Assembly: GCA_043798935.1 (NCBI GenBank)
Contig: JAZDOC010000019.1
Location: 10,322-74,321 of the forward strand
Origin: Patescibacteria group bacterium
Lineage (GTDB): Bacteria; Patescibacteriota; Patescibacteriia; UBA9570; JAHJKD01
Length of the DNA: 64,000 nucleotides
Direction: 5' to 3'
In this document: one piece after another, positions 20,294-32,466 of the stretch
Layout: the number at the start of each line of letters is the position of its first letter
How positions within the stretch are numbered: position 1 is the first letter of the stretch
The notes under the pieces: generated by a model
Databases searched by the model: none
What the model saw: the letters and a program-made list of their open reading frames with translations, nothing else
What the model was told of the DNA's origin: nothing
Made by a program: the position numbers and the translations under genes

Positions 20294-20312
20294 TTAACAA
20301 TTTTAAAAAACT

Positions 20313-20726
20313 ATGAGCGAACACAATTGCGAAGCATTGGTAATTGCCTGTATAGATTTCAGGCTAATCGATAACACAAATAAATGGCTAACCGATTTAG
20401 GGTTGGAAAAAAAATACGATTTTTTAGGAGTTGGTGGGGCATCAAAACAATTAGCTAGTCCGGATAAACCAGAATACAAAGAATTATTATTAGAAAATAT
20501 TAAAATATCTGTAAATTTACATAATATTAGTAAAATTTACATAATCCACCATGAAGATTGCGGTGCTTATGGCGGTAAAAAAGCTTTTGAAAATTCAGAA
20601 AAAGAACGAGAATTTCAGATTAATGAAATGAAAAAAAGCCAGGAAATTATTAAATATCTATATCCCGAACTGGAAATTATCAAAATCTACGAAAAGCTAG
20701 ACGGTTCTATGGAAGTAGCTATGTAA
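20313..20726 (+). CDS. Beta-carbonic anhydrase-like protein
   Basis: CIDFR and HHEDCGAY Zn-ligand motifs (Cys-x-Asp-x-Arg; His-x-x-Cys). Confidence 0.8.
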   Translation: MSEHNCEALVIACIDFRLIDNTNKWLTDLGLEKKYDFLGVGGASKQLASPDKPEYKELLLENIKISVNLHNISKIYIIHHEDCGAYGGKKAFENSEKEREFQINEMKKSQEIIKYLYPELEIIKIYEKLDGSMEVAM

Positions 20727-20744
20727 TTGGATAACTTATCCACA
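20726..20744. promoter_or_regulatory. DnaA box pair upstream of the atp promoter
   Basis: Perfect TTATCCACA at 20736-20744, preceded by the inverted degenerate box attggataa (20726-20734). Confidence 0.5.
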
Positions 20745-20765
20745 AATTTAGATTAAAAACCAGTA

Positions 20766-20794
20766 TTGACGTTTTGGGCATAAAAACCTATAAT
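20766..20794 (+). promoter_or_regulatory. Sigma70 promoter of the atp operon
   Basis: TTGACG, 17-nt spacer, TATAAT. Confidence 0.8.
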
Positions 20795-20821
20795 TATCGC
20801 GTTGCTATTTAAATAAATATT

Positions 20822-21118
20822 GTGGATTATTCACAAAATAACGAAAACAAACCAAAAGACCAAGAAAATTGGTGGCAAGATGGTTATCGGGCATTTATTC
20901 AAATAAGTGGCTGGATAGCCGCGCCTATTATCGCAGCGCTTTTTATAGGTGATTGGCTAGACACTAAATATCAATCCGGAAGCAAATATTTATTAATATG
21001 TATCGCGATTGCTTTCGTAATTTCCAATGTGGGTCTGGTCAAAGAAGTTCTAAATTATAATAAAAAACTTAACAAAATAGAAAGAACTAGTAAAGATAAA
21101 CCGAATGAGCCAAGCTGA
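20822..21118 (+). CDS. AtpZ/AtpI-family two-TM accessory protein
   Basis: G.WLD motif between two TMs; first gene of the atp operon. Confidence 0.8.
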   Translation: MDYSQNNENKPKDQENWWQDGYRAFIQISGWIAAPIIAALFIGDWLDTKYQSGSKYLLICIAIAFVISNVGLVKEVLNYNKKLNKIERTSKDKPNEPS

Positions 21119-21950
21119 AGAACTACACACTGAAGCGACCACGCCGGCAAATAGCCATAGCGAAAGTCATGAAATCACATTATTTGCCGAACCAATAATA
21201 AATATTGGTAATTTTGAAATAAATAATTCATTCATTAGCTCTTGGGTAGTTGTTTTATTTGTAATTATTTTAGTAATGATTTTAAAATCAAAGTTAAGTA
21301 AAATACCTCGGGGAATTCAAAATATATTTGAAATGGTTTTAGAAGGTGCTCTAAATATGGCTGATAGCGTAACCGGCGATCGTAATAAAAGTATGAAATT
21401 ATTTCCGGTTGCATTCGGATTATTTATTTTTATTTTGTTGAATAATTGGCTTGGGCTTCTACCTGGTGTAGGCACAATTGGTTTTTACGAAAATGGTGAA
21501 ACATTTGTACCGTTTTTACGTGGTGCGACGGCCGATCTTAACACTACTTTTGTTTTAGCAATCTTTAGTATCATTTTTACTCATGTAATGGGCATTATTG
21601 CAATTGGCGCTTGGAAGCATTTAAATAAATTCATCGGAATTAAATTATTTTTAGAAATTCCCAAAAAAATAAGAAAAGAACCCACAATTATTTTAATCAA
21701 TCCTATAAAAGCTTTTGTAGGATTGATCGAAATAGTCGGTGAAATCGCTAAAGTTGCATCACTAGCTTTTAGGTTATTCGGAAACATTTTTGCCGGAGAA
21801 GTATTATTGGCATCAATGATGGCGCTCATGTTTGTTATAGTACCGATTCCATTCATGTTTCTAGAAATTATTGTTGGTCTTATTCAGGCATTAATATTTG
21901 CAATGTTAGTGCTAGTTTTCGGCACCATCAGTATGCAAGATTCACACTAA
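21105..21950 (+). CDS. atpB: ATP synthase subunit a
   Basis: NNWLGLLPG, TADLN, SLAFRLFGNIFAGE, GLIQA.IF. Confidence 0.96.
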   Translation: MSQAEELHTEATTPANSHSESHEITLFAEPIINIGNFEINNSFISSWVVVLFVIILVMILKSKLSKIPRGIQNIFEMVLEGALNMADSVTGDRNKSMKLFPVAFGLFIFILLNNWLGLLPGVGTIGFYENGETFVPFLRGATADLNTTFVLAIFSIIFTHVMGIIAIGAWKHLNKFIGIKLFLEIPKKIRKEPTIILINPIKAFVGLIEIVGEIAKVASLAFRLFGNIFAGEVLLASMMALMFVIVPIPFMFLEIIVGLIQALIFAMLVLVFGTISMQDSH

Positions 21951-21988
21951 TTAATTATTAATATAATTGGCTCCGACATTAAAAATAA

Positions 21989-22231
<243 letters not shown>

Positions 22232-22234
<3 letters not shown>

Positions 22235-22285
22235 TGATTTTTTCATTAAGCCCTCAATTATTGGGGGCTTGGAAAAAAATCATTA
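22232..22285 (+). other. Long intercistronic hairpin after atpE
   Basis: aagccctcaa-tta-ttgggggctt, extended by taatgattttttc/gaaaaaaatcatta. Confidence 0.6.
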
Positions 22286-22304
22286 ATTATAAAATTATAT
22301 AAAT

Positions 22305-22802
22305 ATGGAAGAAATTATAAATACATTTCACATTGAATGGGAGCTAATGCTTGGTCAAATCATTAATTTTGCTATCGTAGCGTCGGTACTATGGTTCTTT
22401 GCTGTGAAACCTTTAATGAAAATCATGAAAGATCGAACCGAAACCATTGAAAAAAGCTTGCGTAATGCTGAAAAAATAGAAGTTAATCTTAAAGAAACCG
22501 AAGAAATTCAAAAACAGGAAATTACTAAGGCTAAAAAAGAAGCTCAGGAAATAATTGAAAAAGCTAATTTGGTGGCCGAAAACAGTAAGCAAGATTTTGT
22601 AAAAAAAGCTGAAGAACAAATATTAGATTTAAAAAATAAAGCCAAACAACAAGTTGCTGAAGCTAAACAAGAAATGTTAAAGGAAATTAAAACCGAAGTA
22701 GCGGATCTAGTAGTTCTAACAGTCAAAAAATTAATCGATAAAGATTTATCATCCAGTGAACAAAAAGAATTAATCAACAAAACCATTAAAGAAGTAAAAT
22801 AG
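22305..22802 (+). CDS. atpF: ATP synthase subunit b
   Basis: QIINF TM segment, KP...M..R...I coiled coil. Confidence 0.94.
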   Translation: MEEIINTFHIEWELMLGQIINFAIVASVLWFFAVKPLMKIMKDRTETIEKSLRNAEKIEVNLKETEEIQKQEITKAKKEAQEIIEKANLVAENSKQDFVKKAEEQILDLKNKAKQQVAEAKQEMLKEIKTEVADLVVLTVKKLIDKDLSSSEQKELINKTIKEVK

Positions 22803-23194
22803 TGAAACTCAAATCTCGTCAATACGCGATTGCGTTATATCAAAGCTTAAAAGAATGTCCGCCCGATAAACAAAACGAGCTAATCGCTAGTTTTGTTAAA
22901 ATTCTGCAAAAAAATAAACAGTTAAAATTAATGAACAAAATAATTCTTGAATATAGTAATTATACAAAAGAGCGAAGTGGAATAGTAAATGTACATGCCA
23001 CTGTAGCTAGCGCCGTAAATATTGATGATTTTAAAAAAGAGTTAGTTTCGCAATTAGGTAAGGACATAGATTTACAAGTACAAATTGATCCTACAATTAT
23101 GGCCGGATTAATTCTGCAAATCGGTGATACATTAATCGATGGTTCAGTAAATAATCAATTAAACATATTAAAAAATAAATTAATTAATAGCTAA
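22802..23194 (+). CDS. atpH: ATP synthase subunit delta (short form)
   Basis: QYAIALY; [21 protein letters not shown]. Confidence 0.9.
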   Translation: MKLKSRQYAIALYQSLKECPPDKQNELIASFVKILQKNKQLKLMNKIILEYSNYTKERSGIVNVHATVASAVNIDDFKKELVSQLGKDIDLQVQIDPTIMAGLILQIGDTLIDGSVNNQLNILKNKLINS

Positions 23195-23199
23195 ATTAT

Positions 23200-24729
23200 A
23201 TGGCTGAAGTAAAAGATCAAATTATTGATTTGTTAAAAAAGCAAATCTCAGATTTCGAAGGTAAAGCAGAAGTATCTGAAGTTGGAACAGTATTAGAAGT
23301 AAAAGACGGCGTGGCTTCGATAAATGGATTAAGAAATGCCATGAGCCAGGAAATGCTAGAATTTTCGGCTGGTGATGAAAAAGTTTACGGTGTGGCTTTA
23401 AATCTTGATGAGGATCAAGTTGGTGCCATGATACTTGGTGATTATGAAAAAATTAAAGAAGGTGACACAGTAAAACGAACTCAAAAAATTCTGTCGGTTC
23501 CAGTATCCGAAAAAATGATTGGCCGAGTTATTAACCCACTAGGTATTCCAATGGACGGAAAAGGGGATATTAAGACCGATATACTATATCCAATAGAAAA
23601 AATTGCTCCTGGTGTTATTACTCGAAAATCAGTAGATACTCCTGTTCAAACAGGTATTAAAGCTATTGATGCTATGATTCCGATCGGTCGTGGACAAAGA
23701 GAGCTAATTATTGGTGATCGTCAGACTGGTAAAACCGCAGTAGCGATTGACACAATTATTAATCAAAAAGGAAAGGACTTAATTTGCATTTATGTAGCTA
23801 TTGCACAGAAAGAATCTAAAGTTGCTCGCTTAGTAGCCAAATTAGTGCAAGAAGGCGCTATGGAACATACAATTATTGTAAATGCGGCTGCTTCTGAATC
23901 GGCTGCTCTTCATTATATCGCTCCTTATGCCGGATGTGCTATTGGCGAATATTTTGTTGATCAAGGAAAAGATGTGCTCGTTGTGTATGATGATCTTTCC
24001 AAACAAGCCATTGCTTATCGTCAAATATCATTAATTTTAAAACGACCTCCAGGACGTGAAGCTTACCCGGGTGATATTTTTTATGCTCACTCTCGATTGC
24101 TAGAACGTGCTTGTCGGTTAAACAAAGATTTTGGCGGAGGCTCTTTAACAGCCTTGCCCATCATTGAAACACAAGCCGGCGATATTTCAGCTTATATTCC
24201 AACCAATGTAATTTCCATTACCGATGGCCAAATTTTTCTTGAATCAGAATTATTTTACCAAGGTATTCGTCCAGCTTTAAATGTTGGCTTATCCGTGTCT
24301 CGTGTAGGTTCAGCGGCTCAAACCAAGGCCATGAAAAAAGTAGCTGGTCCTATGAAATTAGATCTAGCTCAATATCGAGAACTAGCCGCTTTTGCTCAGT
24401 TTGGATCTGATCTCGATAAAGAAACACAAAAACAATTAGAAAGAGGTAAGAGAACAGTTGAAATTACAAAACAAGCTCAGTATTCTCCAGCATCAGTGGC
24501 TAACCAAGTAGTTTCAATTTATGCTGTCACTCATGGATACATGGATGATGTAGCGGTAGAAAATATTTTATCTTTTGAAAAAGAGCTATTAAAATATGCC
24601 AATGAATTATCGGTTGATTTAATGAATAATTTGAATCAAACCGGCGATTGGAATGATGAAATTGAAGCTCAAATTAAAAAGACAATTGAAAATTTTCGTC
24701 AAACCAAAGACATGTCGCAAACCAGCTAA
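23200..24729 (+). CDS. atpA: ATP synthase subunit alpha
   Basis: [27 protein letters not shown]. Confidence 0.98.
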   Translation: MAEVKDQIIDLLKKQISDFEGKAEVSEVGTVLEVKDGVASINGLRNAMSQEMLEFSAGDEKVYGVALNLDEDQVGAMILGDYEKIKEGDTVKRTQKILSVPVSEKMIGRVINPLGIPMDGKGDIKTDILYPIEKIAPGVITRKSVDTPVQTGIKAIDAMIPIGRGQRELIIGDRQTGKTAVAIDTIINQKGKDLICIYVAIAQKESKVARLVAKLVQEGAMEHTIIVNAAASESAALHYIAPYAGCAIGEYFVDQGKDVLVVYDDLSKQAIAYRQISLILKRPPGREAYPGDIFYAHSRLLERACRLNKDFGGGSLTALPIIETQAGDISAYIPTNVISITDGQIFLESELFYQGIRPALNVGLSVSRVGSAAQTKAMKKVAGPMKLDLAQYRELAAFAQFGSDLDKETQKQLERGKRTVEITKQAQYSPASVANQVVSIYAVTHGYMDDVAVENILSFEKELLKYANELSVDLMNNLNQTGDWNDEIEAQIKKTIENFRQTKDMSQTS

Positions 24730-24757
24730 GATAAAAATGAATAATTTATAAAATTTT

Positions 24758-25663
24758 ATGTCGGGTGGATTACAAGATATTAAAAAAAGAATAAAATCTG
24801 TTAAGAATATTAAACAGGTCACTAAAGCCATGGAAGCTGTATCGGCCTCTAAAATGCGCAAATCAGTGGCCGCCGCTTTGACATCAAAAAATTATTCAAA
24901 TTTGGGTTGGCAATTAATTAATAATTTGGCCAAAGTCACTGATGAAAATAAGCATCCATTATTAAAGAAAAAAAATAAAATTAATAATTTGTTGTTAATC
25001 TTTTTAACCTCAGATAAAGGTTTATGCGGTGGTTTTAATTCACAAATTATTCGGCAAATGGAGCAGTTCTTAAAAATTAATAACGATAAAAATATCGATG
25101 TAATTGCAATTGGCAAAAAGGGCCAAAGAGTACTTAAGAAAATCAATAAAAATATTATTGGTGCTTATCAAAATATGTCGAACGAGGTTAGTCCAAATAT
25201 GTTGCGACCCATTGCCAAAACAGCCTTGGATGGTTTTATGCAAGGAAAATACGATCAGGTAAATATTGTTTTTACAGATTTTAAATCAGCTATGAATCAA
25301 GTGCCAATTGTTAGACAATTATTACCTTTACAAAAAGATTTTCAAAATTTAGTAGGTGACGCTAAAAATGAAAAAACCACAAACGAAACCGATGATGTTC
25401 TAGAATATATATTCGAACCAAATACTGAAGAATTATTAGATTTCATTTTACCGCGATTATTAGAAATTCAAATTTATCAAGCTGTTCTTGAATCTAATGC
25501 ATCTGAACATTCAGCTCGTATGTTAGCCATGAAAAATGCTACTGATAGCGCCATCGACATGATTCATGATCTAACTTTAACTTATAATCAAGCCCGTCAA
25601 GCATCAATTACTCAGGAAATTGCTGAAATCTCAGCTGGCCGAGCCGCTCAAGAAGAAAATTAA
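24758..25663 (+). CDS. atpG: ATP synthase subunit gamma
   Basis: TKAMEAVSASK, SDKGLCGGFN, ARQASITQEIAEI. Confidence 0.97.
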   Translation: MSGGLQDIKKRIKSVKNIKQVTKAMEAVSASKMRKSVAAALTSKNYSNLGWQLINNLAKVTDENKHPLLKKKNKINNLLLIFLTSDKGLCGGFNSQIIRQMEQFLKINNDKNIDVIAIGKKGQRVLKKINKNIIGAYQNMSNEVSPNMLRPIAKTALDGFMQGKYDQVNIVFTDFKSAMNQVPIVRQLLPLQKDFQNLVGDAKNEKTTNETDDVLEYIFEPNTEELLDFILPRLLEIQIYQAVLESNASEHSARMLAMKNATDSAIDMIHDLTLTYNQARQASITQEIAEISAGRAAQEEN

Positions 25664-25702
25664 TTTCTTAAAATATCCAATATAAATAAATAATAATTAT
25701 AG

Positions 25703-27076
<1,374 letters not shown>

Positions 27077-27082
27077 AAAACT

Positions 27083-27526
27083 ATGTCTGAAAAAACAATA
27101 AAACTAATCGTCACGGCGCCACAAGGAAATTTATATAATGATGAACTAGAACAAATTACTGCTACTACTATGCTTGGTGAAATAACAATTCTACCAAATC
27201 ACATACCGTTAATTTCCATTTTACAATCCGGGGAATTAATAATTCAAAAAGATGGTAAAAAAATTCCGTTTGCAGTTTACGGTGGTTTTATTGAAATTAA
27301 AAATAATAATGAAGTTATTATATTAGCCGATTCAGCTGAACATGTTGATGCCATAGACGAAGCTAATGTTGAAGCTGCCGCTAAAAAAGCCGAGGAAATA
27401 TTAAAAGAGAAATTTAATACTAGCGATTATGAAGATGCGGCTTTGAATTTAGCCCGCGAACAAGCACGTTTAAGAATCGTTAAAAAGTATAAAAATCAAG
27501 GTATTCGTACCAGCCATCAAAATTAA
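27083..27526 (+). CDS. atpC: ATP synthase subunit epsilon
   Basis: GEITILPNHIP, GGFIEI, ILADSAE. Confidence 0.94.
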   Translation: MSEKTIKLIVTAPQGNLYNDELEQITATTMLGEITILPNHIPLISILQSGELIIQKDGKKIPFAVYGGFIEIKNNNEVIILADSAEHVDAIDEANVEAAAKKAEEILKEKFNTSDYEDAALNLAREQARLRIVKKYKNQGIRTSHQN

Positions 27527-27565
27527 TATAATTAAATTTGAAATAATAATTTTTTAAGTATTTTT

Positions 27566-28978
27566 ATGATGTTAAAAAAAGTCAAATTTGTTCTTCTGAC
27601 AGTAGTAATTACTTTAATGCCAGTTGCAATGTTTGCTTCTGAGCAGGCTTCTGAAGAGAGTAATGCCGGAGAACACGGGGCAGCCGTGCTATTTGCAATA
27701 ATTGCTCTGCTTGTCATTTTATCCAAAGTAGGTGGTTTAGTTGAGAAATTCGGTCAACCGGCCGTACTTGGAGAATTAATAGCTGGTGTAATTTTAGGAA
27801 ATTTAGGATTAGTTGGCATTCATTGGTTTGGCTGGTTAAATGGTAATGAAATCATTGCTTTTTTAGCCGAGCTAGGAGTAGTTATTTTATTATTTCAAAT
27901 TGGTCTGGAAAGTAATTTAGCTGATATGAAAAAAGTGGGTGTTTCAGCTACTATTGTTGCCGTAGTCGGTGTGGTGCTTCCGTTTGTATTAGCTACATAT
28001 TTAATTGGACCTTGGATCTTACCTGGATTAGCATCGAATGCATATTTATTTTTAGGAGCATCTTTAACTGCAACTTCGGTTGGTATTACAGCCAGAGTGT
28101 TTAAAGATTTAAATAAATTAAAAACAAAAGAAGCGCAAATTGTTCTTGGTGCCGCTGTTATCGACGATATTTTAGGATTATTAATTTTAGCTGTTGTGAG
28201 TGCAATTGCTACCACTGGTTCAGTATCTGCTGGAGACATTGGAATGATCAGCTTTAAGGCCATAGCATTTTTAGTTGGTGCTGTTGCTATCGGCAGAGTT
28301 TCAGCTCCTTATATTGGCAAAATATTTTCAAAAATGCACACTGGTATTGGTATGAAGCTTGGTGTAGCATTTTCTTTTGCATTAGTATTTGCTTATCTGG
28401 CATCCTTAGTAGGCTTAGCTCCGATTGTCGGAGCATTTGCAGCTGGGTTATTACTGGATCCAGTGCACTTTAAAGGATTTAAAAGCGCATCCATAGTTGA
28501 TGATATTAAAAAGATAATACCAAAATTAAAAGACAAAGAAACTGAGGAAGAAATAAAAGAGCTTATTAATCATCATCAACATCGTCATATTGAAGATCTG
28601 ATGGAAGGCATTGCTTATATTTTTGTGCCGATCTTCTTTATTTATACTGGTATGCAGGTTAAACTAGAAACAATGTTCGATATGAGAGTTCTAGGTATTG
28701 GTTTGGTTATTACCGTTGTGGCCATGATTGGTAAAATAGCTTGTGGCTTTGTGGTTAAAAAACCTACAAATAAATGGATTGTTGGTTTTGGTATGATACC
28801 TCGCGGTGAAGTAGGTTTAATATTCGCAAATATTGGAAAGTCTTTAGGCGTAATGAGTGATGAAGCATTTAGTATTGTGATTATTATGGTAATATTAACA
28901 ACTCTGTTAACGCCACCGATTTTAAGTATGCTTTTAAAAAGACAAAAAGAGCCTCAATTAGAAATTCAAAACGCTTAA
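27566..28978 (+). CDS. CPA2-family cation/H+ antiporter (NapA/NhaS3-like)
   Basis: GQPAVLGELIAG, ATSVGIT, GAAVIDDILG, GMIPRGEV; N-terminal signal-peptide-like segment. Confidence 0.9.
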   Translation: MMLKKVKFVLLTVVITLMPVAMFASEQASEESNAGEHGAAVLFAIIALLVILSKVGGLVEKFGQPAVLGELIAGVILGNLGLVGIHWFGWLNGNEIIAFLAELGVVILLFQIGLESNLADMKKVGVSATIVAVVGVVLPFVLATYLIGPWILPGLASNAYLFLGASLTATSVGITARVFKDLNKLKTKEAQIVLGAAVIDDILGLLILAVVSAIATTGSVSAGDIGMISFKAIAFLVGAVAIGRVSAPYIGKIFSKMHTGIGMKLGVAFSFALVFAYLASLVGLAPIVGAFAAGLLLDPVHFKGFKSASIVDDIKKIIPKLKDKETEEEIKELINHHQHRHIEDLMEGIAYIFVPIFFIYTGMQVKLETMFDMRVLGIGLVITVVAMIGKIACGFVVKKPTNKWIVGFGMIPRGEVGLIFANIGKSLGVMSDEAFSIVIIMVILTTLLTPPILSMLLKRQKEPQLEIQNA

Positions 28979-29001
28979 AAATTCAAAAATAATTATAAAA
29001 T

Positions 29002-29030
29002 AATAAACCCCGTTAAAAGCGGGGTTTATT
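29002..29030. terminator. Intrinsic terminator ending the atp-antiporter transcript
   Basis: aataaaccccgtt-aaa-agcggggtttatt hairpin with A/T tails. Confidence 0.75.
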
Positions 29031-29048
29031 TGTGATATAATAACTATT

Positions 29049-31946
29049 ATGGAATTATTCAATAATCTTAATAATGAGCAAATATCAGCTGTTAAGCATA
29101 CTGCCGGTCCATTGCTTATAATTGCTGGCGCTGGTACTGGTAAAACCACGGTTATTACTAGAAAAATTGCCTATTTGATAACGCAAAAAAATATTTCGGC
29201 TGATCAAATATTAGCACTAACATTTACCGACAAAGCAGCTTCAGAAATGGAAGAACGAGTAGAAAGCTTACTACCTTTTGGATATTTTGATTTATGGATT
29301 TCAACTTTTCATGCTTTTGGTGAAAAGATTTTAAAAAATCACGCACTTGATATCGGATTGCCCAACGATTTTAAACTGTTATCCGAAACCGAGCAATGGT
29401 TATTAATGAGACAGCATTTAGAAAACTTCGATTTGGATTATTACAAACCCAAAGGGAACCCCACTAAATTTATTCAAGCTTTAATTACGCATTTTTCACG
29501 CTTAAAAGATGAAGATATTTCACCAGACGAGTATCTGGAATATGCAGATAATTTAAAATTAGATCAAGATTTAAGCGAGACTGAAGCCACTCAAGAAATA
29601 AATCGAATCAAAGAATTAGCTAATGCCTATCATAAATACCAAAAATTACTATTAGAAAATAATTCATTAGATTTTGGTGATTTAATTACTTATACAATCA
29701 AGCTCTTTAAAGAGCGGCCTAATATTTTAAAACAATATCAAAAACAGTTTAAATATATTTTAATTGATGAATTTCAAGATACTAATTATGCTCAATATGA
29801 TTTAATTAAATTGTTATCAGCGCCTAATAACAATTTAACGGTTGTTGGTGACGATGACCAAGCAATATATAAGTTTAGGGGCGCTTCGATCTCAAACATA
29901 TTAGAATTTAAAGAAGATTACAAAGATGCCACTGAAATTGTATTAATTAATAATTATCGTAGTGGTCAAAAAATCTTAGACACGGCGTATAATTTTATAA
30001 ATATCAATAATCCCAATCGGTTAGAAACAAAATTAAAAATTAACAAAAATCTAATTAGCTGTGTTGATAATAAAGCTCAAGTCGATCATTTACATTTTAA
30101 AACTAAAGAAGATGAAGCAATTGGGATTGTTAAAAAGATATTAGAAATCAAAAAAAATGATGCATCCATTTCCTGGAATGATATCGCAATTTTAGTCAGG
30201 GCAAATAATCAGGCCGATTTAATTACTCCGTATTTACAGCGTCAAGATGTACCATTTCAGTTTATGGCCTCAAAAGGATTGTTCGCTAAACCAATCATCT
30301 TAGATTTACTCGCATATTTACGAATGCTTGATAATTATCATGAAACTCGTTCTTTATATAGAGTTCTAAACATGGCTATCTTTAATTTTCAACATGAAGA
30401 AATATTAGAATTGTTAAATTATGCTTATCAGAAAAATATTTCTCTTTATGAAACTTTAAAAATTAAACCTAGTAAGAAGACCGAAAAAGTTTTAACTTTA
30501 ATTGCCAAACACACTAGCGACTTACGTTTTAAAAGCGTGGGGCAAATTTTACTGGATTTTTTAGAGGATTCAGGATATTTAAAAAATATCACAAAAAAAG
30601 ACAATCAATCTTCACGCGAAAATGTTTTATATTTGAATCAATTTTATAAATACATTGAAAAATTCGAATCTGCAACGAATGATAAAACTGTAAAAAAATT
30701 TATCGAAGAAATAAACATGTTTGAAGCTGCCGGAGAAGAAGGTACTTTACAGCCCGATTTTGAAGAAGGTCCACAAACCGCAAAGATTATGACTGTGCAC
30801 GCGGCCAAAGGTCTTGAATTCGCGTATGTGTTCATCATTAATATGGTAGATAAACGATTTCCATCGATTAAGCGAAATGACCCAATTTCTATTCCCGAGC
30901 AATTAATTAAAGAAACTGTTCCGACCGGGGATGTTCACTTGCAAGAAGAAAGACGATTATTATACGTGGCCATGACTCGTGCCAAGAAAAATTTATTTTT
31001 TACCAGCGCCGAAGATTACGGCGGTATCCGTAAAAAAAAATTATCGCAATTTTTAATTGAAGCTCAACTGGCAAACGAAAAAAAGCCCTTGCCAACTGGA
31101 AAAGTAAAATTTTCCGCCAAAGAAAAAAATGATGCAACCAATAAAGAGTTGTTAGTGATAAAAAACATTCCTCAAAAGTTTTCATTTACGCAATTAAAAG
31201 TTTTTGAAACTTGCCCTTGGCAATATCGTTTTTCTCACATTTTACATATTCCGGTCAAAGGTAAGGCTAGTTTTTCATTTGGAAAAACCATGCATAATAC
31301 ATTATATCGTTTTTTTCAAAATATGTACGAGCAAGGTAATTCACAGCAAAGGGATTTATTTGTGGTTATTAATAATAAAGCGGAGGGTAAAAAAACGCAC
31401 TCTCGCTTGCAAGAAAAAGATTTATTAGACTTATACGAATCAGAATGGATTGACGATTGGTTTTTTTCCAAAAAAAATAAACAAGAATACCATAAAAAAG
31501 GTAAAGAAATATTAAAAAAGTTTTATGAGCTTCATAAAAATAGCTGGCCGATAATTCAAGATTTAGAAAAAGGCTTCAATTTGAAGATAGATAAATTTAT
31601 TATTAAAGGCGCAATTGATAGAATCGATAAATTAGAGAATAATCAAGTTGAAATAATTGATTATAAAACCGGCACTGTACCAAAGCAAAAGAAAGATAAT
31701 GAACAACTATTAATATACGCCATGGCGGTAAAGGAAGTATTCAGGCAAACACCAGTAAAATTAACTTATTACTATTTGGAAGACAATCAGCCAATTAGCT
31801 ATGAAATTAAAGAAGAAGATTTATTAAAAACTAGAAACTGGATTTTAGAAAAGATTAATAAAATTTTAGTATCGGATTTTACAGCAACACCTGGTTTTCA
31901 CTGTAAAAATTGTGATTATTATTCAATTTGCGAGTTTAGAAAATAG
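29049..31946 (+). CDS. UvrD/PcrA-family helicase fused to a C-terminal PD-(D/E)XK nuclease with 4-Cys cluster
   Basis: AGAGTGKT, DEFQDTN, GDDDQAIYKFRGA, AKGLEF; then CPWQY, GAIDRID, IIDYKTG and C-terminal CKNCDYYSIC. Confidence 0.9.
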   Translation: MELFNNLNNEQISAVKHTAGPLLIIAGAGTGKTTVITRKIAYLITQKNISADQILALTFTDKAASEMEERVESLLPFGYFDLWISTFHAFGEKILKNHALDIGLPNDFKLLSETEQWLLMRQHLENFDLDYYKPKGNPTKFIQALITHFSRLKDEDISPDEYLEYADNLKLDQDLSETEATQEINRIKELANAYHKYQKLLLENNSLDFGDLITYTIKLFKERPNILKQYQKQFKYILIDEFQDTNYAQYDLIKLLSAPNNNLTVVGDDDQAIYKFRGASISNILEFKEDYKDATEIVLINNYRSGQKILDTAYNFININNPNRLETKLKINKNLISCVDNKAQVDHLHFKTKEDEAIGIVKKILEIKKNDASISWNDIAILVRANNQADLITPYLQRQDVPFQFMASKGLFAKPIILDLLAYLRMLDNYHETRSLYRVLNMAIFNFQHEEILELLNYAYQKNISLYETLKIKPSKKTEKVLTLIAKHTSDLRFKSVGQILLDFLEDSGYLKNITKKDNQSSRENVLYLNQFYKYIEKFESATNDKTVKKFIEEINMFEAAGEEGTLQPDFEEGPQTAKIMTVHAAKGLEFAYVFIINMVDKRFPSIKRNDPISIPEQLIKETVPTGDVHLQEERRLLYVAMTRAKKNLFFTSAEDYGGIRKKKLSQFLIEAQLANEKKPLPTGKVKFSAKEKNDATNKELLVIKNIPQKFSFTQLKVFETCPWQYRFSHILHIPVKGKASFSFGKTMHNTLYRFFQNMYEQGNSQQRDLFVVINNKAEGKKTHSRLQEKDLLDLYESEWIDDWFFSKKNKQEYHKKGKEILKKFYELHKNSWPIIQDLEKGFNLKIDKFIIKGAIDRIDKLENNQVEIIDYKTGTVPKQKKDNEQLLIYAMAVKEVFRQTPVKLTYYYLEDNQPISYEIKEEDLLKTRNWILEKINKILVSDFTATPGFHCKNCDYYSICEFRK

Positions 31947-31957
31947 CCAAAATATAC

Positions 31958-31986
31958 TTGGCAAAATTCTCAAAATTTGGTACAAT
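31958..31986 (+). promoter_or_regulatory. Sigma70-type promoter (membrane gene-pheST-gyrB)
   Basis: TTGGCA, 17-nt spacer, TG-n-TACAAT. Confidence 0.6.
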
Positions 31987-32043
31987 TCATTTTATTAACC
32001 GTGCACAAAAAAAACAAGAATATATATAGAATAAGCCATTAAA

Positions 32044-32457
32044 ATGAGTTTAAAAAAGTATCTAATTTTAATGTTTTTAGCCACAATAATTTGCTGGCTG
32101 TCTTGGTTAACTGTAGTATTGTATATAAATTGTAATGTTAGCGATAACGTGGGTTTTATTTGTTTTTTTGCTAGCTTATTTTTCTCCCTACTTGGTACCA
32201 TCTCATTAATTAATCTTGTTTTACGATTATTAATAAAGCGCCATGATCTGCCTTATAAACATATTGGCATTTCATTAAGGCAATCGTTATGGTTTGCCAT
32301 TTTAATTGTGGTTTCACTAGCTCTTTTAGGTCAGGATTTATTTGTTTGGTGGTCGGTTGGCTTACTACTAATTGGATTAATTATTCTGGAAGGTTTCTTT
32401 TTATCACAGTCATATCAAAAACAAGAAATAAATAAAAATAAAGTTAAAAAATTTTAG
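32044..32457 (+). CDS. Hypothetical 4-TM membrane protein
   Basis: Four hydrophobic segments; SLRQ motif. Confidence 0.75.
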   Translation: MSLKKYLILMFLATIICWLSWLTVVLYINCNVSDNVGFICFFASLFFSLLGTISLINLVLRLLIKRHDLPYKHIGISLRQSLWFAILIVVSLALLGQDLFVWWSVGLLLIGLIILEGFFLSQSYQKQEINKNKVKKF

Positions 32458-32466
32458 TTTAATAAT

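Noticed and set aside
20726-20830. oriC next to the atp operon
   Set aside because: Only one perfect box in a gap of about 95 bp, no dnaA/dnaN/gidA nearby, and no switch in gene orientation.
31170-31946. Cas4-like nuclease suggesting a CRISPR-Cas locus
   Set aside because: It is the fused C-terminal domain of a UvrD-family helicase; no cas genes or array are nearby.
31947-32466. T-box upstream of pheS (also checked glyQS, metG, thrS)
   Set aside because: No TGGNACC bulge or leader space; these genes follow a promoter or upstream ORF directly.
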